A DNA stretch of 42,765 nucleotides from NCBI GenBank assembly GCA_031763465.1, contig JARFOE010000194.1:7169351-7212115 (forward strand), read 5' to 3'. Positions 25,355 to 38,335 of this stretch are shown piece after piece. Source of the stretch: Squatina squatina. Its lineage: Eukaryota. Each line of letters opens with the position of its first letter. The first letter of the stretch is position 1. Under the pieces are notes generated by a model. It was given only the letters and a program-made list of their open reading frames with translations. It searched no databases and was not told the origin of the DNA. Position numbers and translations under genes: made by a program.

Positions 25355-25750
25355 ACAACTTGCATTTATATATCGTCTTTCACGTAGTAAAACATCCCAA
25401 GGCACGTCACAGGAATGTAATCAGACAAAAAAAGAGATACTGAGCCAAAGATGGAGACACTAGGACAGGCTAAAAAGCTTGGCCGGAGAGGTAGGTTTTA
25501 AGGAATGCCTTAAGGGAAGAGAGAATGTTGGAGATGTGGGGAGGTTTAGGGAAGGAATTTCAGAGTTTAGAGCTGTGATGGCTGAAGGCATGGTCGCCAA
25601 TGAGGGAGCAAAGGAAGTAGGGGTGCACAAGAGGCCAAAGTTTATAAAACACATATTTATCGGAGGGTTGTAAAGCTGGAGGAGGTTACAGGTGAGGAGC
25701 AAGGCCATGGAGGGATTTGAACATATGGATGAAAATTTTAAAATCCTGAA
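25355..25750 (-). mobile_element. L2 3' end
   Basis: Tail caacaacttgcatttatata; similar to the 6540 copy. Confidence 0.75.
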
Positions 25751-25987
25751 CCACTTATTTATAAACGCCACTGAAAGGCAGTCTATGTAAAATTATAAAG
25801 CAAAGGCTTTACAGTAAATATGATCAATTGTGCAATCAGATGGAATTTGATCACAAATTTGTTTTATTGTATATTTATAGAATATATTTGGCCACATCAT
25901 TTCACAGGAACACAGCAACAAAAATATTCCAGTTATTATTGCTTCTTGTTGAGACATGACCATATCAAAACATTTACCTATCTATGG

Positions 25988-26939
25988 NNNNNNNNNNNNN
26001 NNNNNNNNNNNNNNNNNNNNNNNNNNNNNNNNNNNNNNNNNNNNNNNNNNNNNNNNNNNNNNNNNNNNNNNNNNNNNNNNNNNNNNNNNNNNNNNNNNNN
26101 NNNNNNNNNNNNNNNNNNNNNNNNNNNNNNNNNNNNNNNNNNNNNNNNNNNNNNNNNNNNNNNNNNNNNNNNNNNNNNNNNNNNNNNNNNNNNNNNNNNN
26201 NNNNNNNNNNNNNNNNNNNNNNNNNNNNNNNNNNNNNNNNNNNNNNNNNNNNNNNNNNNNNNNNNNNNNNNNNNNNNNNNNNNNNNNNNNNNNNNNNNNN
26301 NNNNNNNNNNNNNNNNNNNNNNNNNNNNNNNNNNNNNNNNNNNNNNNNNNNNNNNNNNNNNNNNNNNNNNNNNNNNNNNNNNNNNNNNNNNNNNNNNNNN
26401 NNNNNNNNNNNNNNNNNNNNNNNNNNNNNNNNNNNNNNNNNNNNNNNNNNNNNNNNNNNNNNNNNNNNNNNNNNNNNNNNNNNNNNNNNNNNNNNNNNNN
26501 NNNNNNNNNNNNNNNNNNNNNNNNNNNNNNNNNNNNNNNNNNNNNNNNNNNNNNNNNNNNNNNNNNNNNNNNNNNNNNNNNNNNNNNNNNNNNNNNNNNN
26601 NNNNNNNNNNNNNNNNNNNNNNNNNNNNNNNNNNNNNNNNNNNNNNNNNNNNNNNNNNNNNNNNNNNNNNNNNNNNNNNNNNNNNNNNNNNNNNNNNNNN
26701 NNNNNNNNNNNNNNNNNNNNNNNNNNNNNNNNNNNNNNNNNNNNNNNNNNNNNNNNNNNNNNNNNNNNNNNNNNNNNNNNNNNNNNNNNNNNNNNNNNNN
26801 NNNNNNNNNNNNNNNNNNNNNNNNNNNNNNNNNNNNNNNNNNNNNNNNNNNNNNNNNNNNNNNNNNNNNNNNNNNNNNNNNNNNNNNNNNNNNNNNNNNN
26901 NNNNNNNNNNNNNNNNNNNNNNNNNNNNNNNNNNNNNNN
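25988..26939. other. Large assembly gap in CASK intron 1
   Basis: Run of N. Confidence 0.99.
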
Positions 26940-27730
26940 GTACTCATTTCTGGGTTTTCCGAGAGAAAACTGAAGCTACTCGCATTATTCCCTAAGAAAA
27001 TAAATCTCTAATACACCGCTCCTTCAAGAGAAGGCACTGTATCATTCAGATGCAAAAGATTACAGCCGTAGTAGCGGCATCGATATTGTAATTCGTTTTC
27101 AATTTCAGTTTATATATTAAAAAGTATGCCCACAATCGGCAGTAATACCTTCACATTAAACATTGCTAGAAAATGAATATTGATTAGTTTCTGGGCGCAT
27201 AGCGTTGATTTCTAAAATTTTATTTGTTTAAATTCAATTCGAGTTGTTTTAGGGGGTTATGTAAAAAAAAACTAAATAATAAATCCGGTCTCGGCCTTAT
27301 CCTGTAATCCACTGGAAACAGAGGGAGGGCCTGTCCTGTAAATCCACGAATGAAACCACAACCTTAAGACATCACATTCTGGCTGCAGTTTTATTTCTAC
27401 TTTAAAGATACATATAAAACACACTTACTTGCCAATCACTTCACACAGCTCATACACATCTTCAAATAGGACGTCGTCGTCGGCCATAGTCGATAATTAA
27501 AACCAGAATTTTATAAATGTGAATGCAAAGTAAAAAAAAACTCTCCAATCGGGAAAATTAATAAAACCGTTTCCCGTATAGATCAGTTAAGGAATTCAAC
27601 ACCGAAGAAAAAATGAAAATTTCCAGACACGACCAATGAAACGAAAGGCTAATTTATACTGGAACAGACGAATAAACCAGGCTTCGCTTGGGGTTGCTAT
27701 CCTTCTGGCGACCCCACCTTCTCTTTCTCA
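26940..27730 (-). promoter_or_regulatory. CASK promoter / first-exon region with retained CpGs
   Basis: CG dinucleotides are visibly more frequent than in flanking introns and surround coding exon 1. Confidence 0.55.
27429..27487 (-). CDS. CASK: CASK coding exon 1 (59 nt)
   Basis: ATG GCC GAC GAC GAC GTC... translates to MADDDVLFEDVYELCEVIG(K); donor AA|gtaagt. Confidence 0.97.
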
Positions 27731-27963
27731 CTGGCTTAAAATCCAGATAATCCACAGTCCAAGGCTCCTTGTCTCAGGATGTAGCTGCTCCCTCGAAGCC
27801 CAGGCCAAGAGCCGGGAATGATTTGCATGAAGGGAAGAGGCTTTTTAAAAAAAATATTTCCANNNNNNNNNNNNNNNNNNNNNNNNNNNNNNNNNNNNNN
27901 NNNNNNNNNNNNNNNNNNNNNNNNNNNNNNNNNNNNNNNNNNNNNNNNNNNNNNNNNNNNNNC

Positions 27964-28532
27964 TCATGTGAACTCTGCCATTTTTATATGCTGTAAGGGA
28001 TTTCACTGCCTCAATGTGCAGATGTTGTGTGACCACAGGCAGTGCATTGTGCGGGTGAATGCCCGTTATCCTGGCAGCATTCACGATTCCTTCATTCTGC
28101 GGCAATCCTCTGTGCCACCTGTATTTGACGCACCACAACAGGTCAAAGGCTGGCTAATGGGCGACAAGGGTTATCCACGCATGACATGACATTGTGACTT
28201 TGGTGTGGAACCCATGCACACGTACACAGCAGGCCTACAATGAGAGCCATGCTGCCAGGAGGAACACAATAGAGCGCACCATTGGCATCCTCAAGCAAGT
28301 GCAGTACTTAGCTGAGCGGGTATCAAGATTTGTGGTGGTATGCTGCATGCTACACAACCTGGTCATTATGAGGGAACAGCCCTTGCCACCACCTATCAGC
28401 CGAGTAGTTGAGGAGCAGGATCAAGAGGAGGAGGAGGAGGAGGAAGTGNNNNNNNNNNGGAGGCTACAACATAGACAGCCTCTTTCTGCCCAAGCTCTAC
28501 GTGATCAAATAATTCATGAGCGATATCAGTAA
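27964..28532 (+). mobile_element. PIF/Harbinger (HARBI1-like) DDE transposase, C-terminal half, decayed
   Basis: KGFHCLNVQMLCDH...VNARYPGSIHDSFILRQS...WLMGDKGYP, YNESHAARRNTIERTIGILKQ, VVCCMLHNL, acidic tract, ALRDQIIHERY; an internal stop and a deletion. Confidence 0.9.
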
Positions 28533-28724
28533 CCTCAACAACACCTCCTCATTCACCAACACTCCCACAACCCGTACCTTTCCTCTATCACTGACCATCA
28601 CGTCTTCCTCTTTTTGACAACACAAAAATTAAAATGACCAGAAAATACACAGTGCAATCCAATTTTATAAATTCAATCATCACATAATGCGTACAAAATT
28701 AAACAAATCACCCTTGTGCATTCC

Positions 28725-30048
28725 CTATGTCTTCCATGTGTCTTTGCCTATCCTAGAGCGCGTATGAACTGCTTCCTTAGTGGCTGCAGCATGGGTGGTG
28801 GAAGGCTGCTGACCTCCAATTGAGGAGATGGCAGATGGCCTCGGCGGGCAACTTCAAGTATCTATGGGACTAGAGGGCCCGGCTTGAGACTGCACCACCT
28901 TGGCCTAGGCTGCAGCAGTCTGTTCAGGCTGGCTGACAGGCAACAGCAAGGGCACTGGTGGAGTGGTAGGGGTGGGAACAGGAATACTGTCACCCTGAGA
29001 GAGGACAGCAGTTTCGTGTTTCATGGAGCCACTGCCACTCTCCCGGGCTGATGCCTCAGCAATCCTACTGATCTGTTGGAGAACAGATTGATGGAATTGC
29101 TGTGACATCCTGGAAGCCCATTTGAACACTGGTATCCAGAGCCATGATGACAGCAGTCTGGGCTTGCAATGCAGCAGTCTGAGCTTCTACTACAGCACAC
29201 AGACCTGTGATAGAAGCTGTTTGTGCTGAAATGCAAGCTGCGACATCGACCATCAGAAGCTGCATCATGGTGGATTCCACAGGTGTGGTGATGGAGGTGA
29301 CCACCTGCTCCATGTTGTAAAGGGTGGGCTCCAAGCTCTGCGCAAATTCCTGTGCCAAGTTGGTGCCGGACTTCTCCATGCTCCTTGACACTGTACGCAG
29401 GCTTTCCAGTGCACCAAGTATTTGGTTATGTACACCCATCAGCCTTCTTCTGTAGCCTGGCCCATCGAAGTCCTCATCTGACTCCTCTGCAGCAGAACTC
29501 ATTTATGATCTTGCCCTCCAGAGAGCTGGCACCTGTGCTATCCTTTTCCCTGGCCCAGGCTCCTGGCCACTTGTGCCTGGCGTGTCACCAATTGCAAATC
29601 CTTCTTCTATCCAAGCATCTAAAGTAAACGCAGTGTCAGTATCTGAGCTGGTGGCTGCGACTGTGAGATTGAGTGATGATGTCTTTTCATCTTCACTTTC
29701 TTCTTCCCCTTCCTCCACTGCCTGGGCAGGTTCCTGTTCTTAGGTATCTGAAATGAAAAAGGTACAGGGGTTGCGTTGTGGTGCGGGGGGAGGAGAAAGC
29801 AAGAAGTGCACACTTATATGCTCTGCAGTTTCTCACTCACAAGAGATTGAGGAACAGGTAGAAGTGGGATGAGAAAAGGAGGATTAGGTCTGTGGATACC
29901 CTCTTCATCAATATCTTCAGTGCAACCAGTGGCCACTGCCTCAGTGATGCCCCTTCCCGTGATGTCTCCTCCATGGGGGTTAAAACATGCAGATGTGCTT
30001 GTCCCCTCCAGTTCTTTCAAGCTGCCTCCTGTTATGTGACATCTTCTC
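28725..30048 (-). mobile_element. Harbinger second gene (Myb/SANT-type partner protein), intron-containing, decayed
   Basis: Convergent with the transposase; ttgcag|EKMSHNRRQLERTGG at 30048, a second acceptor at 29747, acidic linker, coiled-coil-like AQTAALQAQTA; frameshifts. Confidence 0.75.
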
Positions 30049-31669
30049 CTGCAAGAAAGGGAGAAGTAAGTCAGTGAGTGTCATACAATATGTTTGGATG
30101 ATGTGGCTGTCATGGTTGACAAGCTGTGAGTTGTGGGTGTGAGGCTTGCAATGGCGCTAAGTTTGTGAAGTAAAGCATATGAATGGTAGGGCAGCATCCT
30201 AATTGATAGAGATTATTGCCAGACAGCTGTTNNNNNNNNNNNNNNNNNNNNNNNNNNNNNNNNNNNNNNNNNNNNNNNNNNNNNNNNNNNNNNNNNNNNN
30301 NNNNNNNNNNNNNNNNNNNNNNNNNNNNNNNAACCTCCAGGCCCTTCATCAATTATCATTATGGCAACCCTTGCTCACTGGTGCTCAATGCCTCACTGTA
30401 TGTTTCCTCATCCTAATCATAATCTACTTCTCTCATAATGTTTGCATTTTTGCTGTTCCCACCTCAAATGGGATGATCACAATTGGTATCTGATGGTATT
30501 CTCCTTTCTCTGTGTAGAGAGCAGATGGGATTTGATGAGTATATAATTTTTATTATCCATTTGGATCTTGTTTTGTCATGACATGCACTATTATGTGCAA
30601 TCAGTGTATATGGACAAGTTGAATTGATATATTTCATAAATGATAGAATATGTAATTAATGTAGTACATACCAGTTGTTCTGCACTTCCCCCGAATTTCA
30701 ACAGTCCCAATATCTTCTGAACTCTCCATCTCAATTAATCAACCCTCACATAAAATGAATTGTTTAATGTCAAGGGCTCACCAGCTGTTCCATGTTGTGT
30801 CTTCTTGTTATGTGCTGGTTTTGTCTTTAACATAAGAGCAGTGAAGACTGAGACCTGGCCATTTGTATAACCCTATTTTACTTTTAACAGTGTCCATTTT
30901 TAGTGCATGGAGGAAAGCGGGGACCTTGGCTACATTACTGACGTTTTTCTGCAACAGTACAATGTTTTAGCATATATTTTTAACAGCTACAATCACTTCA
31001 TATCATGACTATATATATCCTATGCTGCTATTTCTTGAAGTAATGCAACTTCTTGAGGCCTTCCAAGACAGTGGGGATAATTTTACAAATCCATGCTGCT
31101 GGCGAGGAGAAATTCGGGGGCATGCTGCNNNNNNNNNNNNNNNNNNNNNNNNNNNNNNNNNNNNNNNNNNNNNNNNNNNNNNNNNNNNNNNNNNNNNNNN
31201 NNNNNNNNNNNNNNNNNNNNNNNNNNNNAGTTGAGCTACACATCACCTTTTTCAAAGTAAGTCATTTATTAGCCTCTGCACCAAATATTTTATCAGGATC
31301 ATTTATATCGTTGACTGACTATAAATGCTTCTGCTATCTGAACATCGCTTTCAATCTATTCTTACTTCAAGGCTTCTGTTAACAACTCTAATTGTAGTTT
31401 GTTTGTTAATTATACTCTCTTCATCCCAAAGCAATTTATTTCCAGTGGGCTTATTCACAATATGATTACTTAACAAAGAGACTGAACATTAAATGATTTT
31501 GGAGAAACACTTAAAGCACCAAAGTCATTAGGGAAATCATTCTTATTATTACGAAAACATATAAATATTCCTATGGCATAAAACAGTACAGATTTTGGAT
31601 TATCATGAAATACATGTCTCAGCCTGAAAATTGGAACACGTACATCATCCATGAGAGCCACCACTAGTT

Positions 31670-32030
31670 TTTTTGATCACCTGAACATTCAACTCCTGCT
31701 CACTCAACTCCCTTTCCTGGCTCCCATGCCATCTCACATCGTCAATGGTTTTCTTTTCTCAGGCACCATCCCTCCCCTTTCAAAACTGCCATCGCCCACT
31801 CCTTAAAATAAACAACTCTTAACCTTTCCATCCTGTCCAATTATTGCCCCATCTCTAAGGTCCTTGAACATATTGTTGCCTCCTAGCTCTGTGCCCTTCT
31901 CTCTCAAAACTCCATTTGAACCTATCCAATCTGGCTTCCATCCCTCACAGCACCAAAGCAACCCTTGCCAAAGTCATGAAGGACATCGTCTATAACTATG
32001 ATTTTGGTGCTTTATCCCTTCTTCTCTTCC
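31670..32030 (+). mobile_element. L2 RT fragment
   Basis: FKTAI..LSNYCPIS..KVLE..QSGF..TLAKVMKDI remnants. Confidence 0.7.
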
Positions 32031-32255
32031 AGGATTAATCTGAGTCCTGGACTGCTAATGTCATCCTCCTCCAATATCTCTCCTTAGTCACCCAGTTCTG
32101 TGGGATAACCCTTCCATGCAGCCAGTGAAACAAAGATTCTTTTTTCTTCCTTGCANNNNNNNNNNNNNNNNNNNNNNNNNNNNNNNNNNNNNNNNNNNNN
32201 NNNNNNNNNNNNNNNNNNNNNNNNNNNNNNNNNNNNNNNNNNNNNNNNNNNNNNN

Positions 32256-32345
32256 CTGCGGTACTTCCCCAAAATCTAATGATTTTTGGAAGTATCCAAC
32301 CAGTGCATCCATGATCTCTGCAGCTACCTCTTTCAGGATCCTCAC
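32256..32345 (-). mobile_element. CR1 ORF2 fragment
   Basis: RILKEVAAEIMDALVGYFQKSLDFGEVP. Confidence 0.75.
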
Positions 32346-33299
32346 ATCATGGACCCAATACAATGCCCAACGCCAAGTTTGTGGCACTGCTGGAGCAGCG
32401 CCCATTTAGCACCTGTGCTGCTCCAATGCAAGTTCCACATTGGAGTCCCCTAGAACCCAAAACGGCGTTAGACCCCTAGCACCCATTTAGCTCTCATTCT
32501 GCGTTTGCGCTGGAAGATAAAGTGGGCGCCCTTTCTCTTTCCCGTTACATCTCACTGCCAAACTATATAAAAATCCTTAGATGGTTCAGACTTTTTCACC
32601 AGTTTATTCATTTTACTGAGACACTACAGGATTGTTTGCTGCTGAACTATAAGTCATATTAGCCATGGAAATGAAGTTCACATTAAAATATACTGGCAGT
32701 GTACGTGTCCCCATATAACCTCAGGTCAGCTGGTCCTGCCTGACTTTAAATTGTTTTGTTTCAGCAGAATAGCAGGGTTCAGAGGATGGTTAAATAACTG
32801 AGATAAATTACCCTCATTTTAAATATATTAAAAAAAATAGAACTTTTCAATGTGGCGGAGAATAAGGATTTTTCCATAAATTATTCACTATCAACGGAAG
32901 CAATTTTAAGACAGGTCTTGCTGTAACTAATATTTATACATTTATAGCACGTGGAATAAATTGGACACAAGCCAACTGTAACAGATAGTTTAAGATGGAT
33001 TAAGCATTAACTTGGAGCTGCAGTAGGCTGTGTCAACTTAGAATGCTGTAACATTTTGCCCTTTCATTCTCGGTAGTCATCAATATTCTTGAGGCAGTAC
33101 AATGTCTGATGTACCTCGATTTTTATACAGGTATCCTTCAGAAAATAATGAAAAGTTGATGATTCAGAATTAGAAAATATACTTTCTTCTGGGTTTCTGT
33201 AATAGTTAAAAACAGTATTTTATATATTTGTTTCTTGCAAATAAATGAATATTGTAAGCTCATCCTCTCAAAAGGTACTTCATGTTTTTGTGCTCTGCT

Positions 33300-33690
33300 G
33301 ATGCCTTACTGGGTAAACGTACCACATGGTTTGGTATTAAACATATGACCAGATGGTCCAGGGTTCATGAATCATTCTGTGATGAGTTCACTCATCTCAG
33401 CCAGATATCAGCTGGGGTTCGACAAATGGGGAAAGTGAAAATCCACCAGGGCTGACTTCCCGTTCCCGATTAATATCCAGTGACCATTGTTGGAGTGCGT
33501 GTGTGTGAACAGCAGGTAAGAACGGGATTGGGTTCAGCTGTAATGTTCCCCCATAGTCAAAATATCCATTGACATTCACTGTCTGGGCTCATGTGAGGAA
33601 TTACCACTTGTGTGAGATGCTGGGCAGCTGGCATTGCTCACAAAACCATATTCCAGCAAGAGTTAACATCCCCAGAGAGAAATAGGGAGA
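33300..33690 (+). mobile_element. Old tRNA-derived SINE-like repeat (related fragment at 5340-5460, reverse)
   Basis: tRNA-like head (ggtccagggttc), shared body motifs (tgtgtgtg..gctgtaatg..cccc..cactgtct). Confidence 0.45.
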
Positions 33691-34399
33691 ACATTTGAAA
33701 ATAATATTTTTAATTTTTTTTATGGAATTAATGTTTTAATCCCCTTCCTCTCTCTTCCAAGGCTATTCATCATCCTAAGTCTAAAGGACAAATGAACAGC
33801 CAGCTCTCAGCCTCTGGCAATATTTCCAAGTTACTGTTTACCCATCTGGGGGTCCAGGCTGGGATTCTGCCTGGACCCTTGAAGAGTAACAACATTTTGT
33901 TTAGTGGTTTTCAGGGAATCTGCTTTGTACAGGGTTTGTGGGGACAGCTAAATATTTCTTCAACCCTGGGCACTTTCACTGGACTTTCCAACCGCTTTTC
34001 AGGGATGCGGCTGAGATGTATCCCCAACCTGCTGTAGCCANNNNNNNNNNNNNNNNNNNNNNNNNNNNNNNNNNNNNNNNNNNNNNNNNNNNNNNNNNNN
34101 NNNNNNNNNNNNNNNNNNNNNNNNNNNNNNNNNNNNNNNNTTTTAAATACTTTTTTTTACTTTCCTTGTGGGGTCAGAAGGAGTAGGGATGCTCCTCCAG
34201 GGTCAAAATGGTTTAAAAGTATATATTTTAGGTTGATTGAAAACTTACTCCTTGGGTCACTTGTAAAAATCAGTTTAAAAAAAAAACATACAGGAGCAGT
34301 TAAAAACATAGGAGGTTATTTTATTGGGTCAAAGGGTATAAGGTCATAGTGGGAAAGCTGTAGTTGAATGAACGTACTTACAAGGCAAAGCCAGCAAGG

Positions 34400-34540
34400 G
34401 AAAACAACATTTAAAAAGTACTTGGATATGCACTTGAAGTGCAGCGTAACCCACAAGGCTACAGACCAAGAGCTGGAAAGTGGGATTAATCTGGATAGCT
34501 CTTTTCGGCCTCCTTCTGAGCTGTTAATTTCTATGATTCT
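34400..34540 (+). mobile_element. CR1 3' fragment
   Basis: catttaaaaagtacttggatatgcacttg...ttctatgattct. Confidence 0.65.
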
Positions 34541-37164
34541 TTGTTAACCTCCAAAGCACATTCTCAAAGTTGTCTCCTGTAGTTTTCTCCTGTAAAGCAT
34601 AATCGGTAGTTGCCTTCGGGAAATTCCTGTGTAATTCTGACAAGCCTCTAGCAATGTAGGTTCTATGAGAAGGACTGAAATAGGCACTTTATTTGAAGAC
34701 TGTCTGAGAGCATTTCTCTTCAGTCAGTTCAGTTAAAATATATTATAATCTCAGTGGACTGTGTTGATATTACAATCTGAACTGCCTCTGGCTTTCAGTG
34801 GTGAAAGTATACGTATATTAACTATACTTCAACAGAATTTGATAGTATTATTTCAAAGTAGCATCAACATATTTTCCATTACTTCTTTAAGTGCCTACTG
34901 TTCCAGCATTTGCAGGAAATATGGAAATATCTAAATATATCAATACCTGAACAGGAGAAAAATTTCAGAGATTGAGTTTTAAAATACATGAACATTTATG
35001 TTNNNNNNNNNNNNNNNNNNNNNNNNNNNNNNNNNNNNNNNNNNNNNNNNNNNNNNNNNNNNNNNNNNNNNNNNNNNNNNNNNNNNNNNNNNNNNNNNNN
35101 NNATATATTCTGAATATAAATAAAAGAAACAGAGATGTGGGCTTTTGTTTCTATCTCTACCTCTGTCTTTTGTTCCTCTCCATTGCTAAGGCTTTTTGAC
35201 AAGATGATGTTATATTAGAACTCGGTGCTGTGGTCTGCCACAGCTGATATTATTCTAACCCTGCACAATTTTATTTGGTGTGCTGACTGCTTCTTCACTC
35301 ATACACAACAGCAATAACAAAAGCACTGAGTCTTGCCTACTGTTATATGCTATGTTTAGGGCATGAATTATTAATACAAAGCACGGTATTGCTGAGTGCC
35401 TGATTGTGCAGGTTCTGGAAGCACTGAAGCACCATTTATGACTGTCAGATCAGACATTCAAAGGCAATAAGCTTAATTTAATAAAATTTACAGTGTCACT
35501 CCTAATTTACTGTTATTAAAGAGGAATTTTCCATAATCTTTTGTGACCTCTAGTATTGAGTGAAGTTGTTAATACCATGACAGATATACTATAAGAAATG
35601 AATAAATGGAAAAGGTTGCAGCAGCTGCTATTANNNNNNNNNNNNNNNNNNNNNNNNNNNNNNNNNNNNNNNNNNNNNNNNNNNNNNNNNNNNNNNNNNN
35701 NNNNNNNNNNNNNNNNNNNNNNNNNNNNNNNNNTCACAGGGCTGGATAGCGGAGGAGGTCGGGGGGGTGGGCAGGGGAGAGAGGATTGTGGCCGATTTCT
35801 GCATCATTGGTGGTATGATGGGGGTGGGGGGGCGAGGCCTGATGGTGAGGATTGCAGGCCTGGGAAGGCAGTTGGAGGCCTTGTGAAGGGGTCTCCGACT
35901 GTGGGTGTTGGATTAGGCAGACACCCTGGATCCAGGAGATAGGTATAAAGCAGCCTCGGTTTAACGGCTGGGTTTCACGAATTTCATGAACAGGCAGTTA
36001 AACTCAAAATGGAGGTTAAAAAGAGGCTGCTGGCCTCATTACAATATTTAAATTAAGATACCCCCCCCTGTGAGTGGGTTGGCCCGCCCACCACCCGCCC
36101 TGCCCCATTAAAACCAGAAGTGGGCGGATTGGAGGCGGGTTCAGGTCAGAATTCAGATTTTTAACTTCCCACATGACCCCAACCCACCCATTTTTTTAGT
36201 TTTGTATTTCCCCTGCCTGTCAGGGAATAGTTAATCACACAGCCTAGACTGACAACAGCCCTCTTCTGATACCTAGCTGCTAGTTAAGTGCTGACTTTCC
36301 AGCTGTTATTAATTAAAATGCAATATATAAACAGTGTTAATTTGTTTACTGAACCATTATTGCACAACTCATGCTACCAGTTTTAAACTGACAGTGAATT
36401 AAAGCAATTTGAAGGCCTGCTGCTACTCCAGCTCCTCAGCTCTACAACACAGCATATCATCATGCTGTAACTTGATGCCGTTCCACAAATGTGCCAAACT
36501 GGTTCAGGGCCAAATGAACCACGTAGAAAGAGAATCAAATTCACTTCAGATCAATAGAGGCAGGTTGAATCTGTGAAGGATGTATGAGTCTGTCCTGNNN
36601 NNNNNNNNNNNNNNNNNNNNNNNNNNNNNNNNNNNNNNNNNNNNNNNNNNNNNNNNNNNNNNNNNNNNNNNNNNNNNNNNNNNNNNNNNNNNNNNNNCCG
36701 TATATGACAGGTCTGTGACTTGCCATATCTTTTAAAATGGTAAAATATTAAACCCTACTCTAAATGTGCTTCATAGTGTACATGTTTAACACAGAAAAGT
36801 GGTGCAACAATCATTGTTGGCAGTGGTTGGGTCCATCCATTAATAATTACTTAAAGTAGTGATTTACTACTGTGCACTGATCCATTAAATCTATGATTAA
36901 TTAACTCCCCACTATGTGAGTTTACAGTCATTATATCAAAAGTAGGATTAATGCCAAAATAGCCATGCTGTTATAAATGAAAAATGGGTGCCAGTGTTAT
37001 TGCTGGCATAATGATGCAATCCTGTTGCCAATCAAAAACAAGTGGAGGTGAAAGTGATAAATAAATAAGTCAGCAATAATAACCCAACAGCTTAATCTCT
37101 GTTACTTGTGCTCTGTTCAAAATTAAAACACCCTTGGGGATTGGATGTTACAATAGGTTACCAC

Positions 37165-37335
37165 AATGTCTGGGACCTGGGCTGATTCTAGTGCAGACTC
37201 ATGGGATGAAAGCCTTCTCTCCCTGCCTGATGTAAAGACCTAAATGAAATTAATTTGGCTGACCTCAACCAAGCTACCCGTGTGTGCAAGTCTGCAGCAC
37301 AAAAAATGATCATAGCTGAGCACTAATTAGTGAAG
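37165..37335 (+). mobile_element. LF-SINE-like ancient SINE remnant
   Basis: tctgggacctggg..., tgaaattaatttgg, gcactaatt resemble the remembered LF-SINE consensus. Confidence 0.4.
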
Positions 37336-38044
37336 GTCTGAAAAATAAAATGTGCCTTTTATATCGTAAAGATCCAAATTCTTCCTAAATAAACTAAATG
37401 GTTGAATTCAACCATTACAATAATAATTTTTTTTTTTAAATAGTCCCAGCTATTTTTGTACTCTTATTATAGGTCTCTCCAAATAATCGCTCATTCCCAC
37501 ACTAAAAAGGCAGGAAGACAAGCTGGTCCAAGATTTCTAATCATTACAGTGATGATGACCCATTACAATTTATGGAGCTGAATTTGCGATCAGAGGCTTC
37601 CTGCGTGCGAATGCCTCCGCTCGCAAATATTTCTCCGGGAGCCATGTAAACTTGCTGTCTTCTGCCCCCATAGTTGGGCATGCTCAGCAAGGCTCTCCTC
37701 GTTCATTTCTAAGTTCTTCAGAGAGACTGGAGAGGTCACGTGGGAGGCCCCAACCTATCAGGTAGGATTATCTCCCATTCATGCTTTTACAAATCTGATC
37801 CTGACATGGGAGATTTGTAAAAATATGAATGGGAGATACTAAACCGCACAAGCANNNNNNNNNNNNNNNNNNNNNNNNNNNNNNNNNNNNNNNNNNNNNN
37901 NNNNNNNNNNNNNNNNNNNNNNNNNNNNNNNNNNNNNNNNNNNNNNNNNNNNNNTCGGGCTGCGGGGGAAGCACAGCAAGACTCCGGGCAAGGAGGCAAT
38001 AACTGTATTGCGTGCACCTCTTACACCTTCAGCCGCACAACCCA

Positions 38045-38335
38045 CCGCTCCTCTAATTCTGCCCTCTTGAACATCGCCGATTATAATCGCTCAACCATTG
38101 GTGACCATGCCTTCTGTTGCCTCAGGCCCTAAGACCTGGAATTCCCTGCTTAAACCTTCTCCACCTCTCTTTCCTTCTTTAAGACGCTCTTTAAGCTTTT
38201 GGTCACCCGCCCTAATTTCTCCTTATGTGGCTCGTTGTCAAATTTTTCGTCTCATAATACTCCTGTGAAGCGCCTTGGGACATTTTACTACGTTAAAGGT
38301 GCTATATAAATAAAAGTTGTCATTGTTATTGTTGA
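38045..38335 (+). mobile_element. L2 3' end
   Basis: accattggtgaccatgccttc...tgtgaagcgccttgggacattttactacgttaaaggtgctatataaat plus TTG tail. Confidence 0.8.

Noticed and set aside
25820-27011. Four 320-390 aa ORFs in the track
   Set aside because: Almost entirely N; artefacts of the gap.
31470-31664. 64-aa minus-strand ORF
   Set aside because: AT-rich, no homology or splice support; expected by chance.
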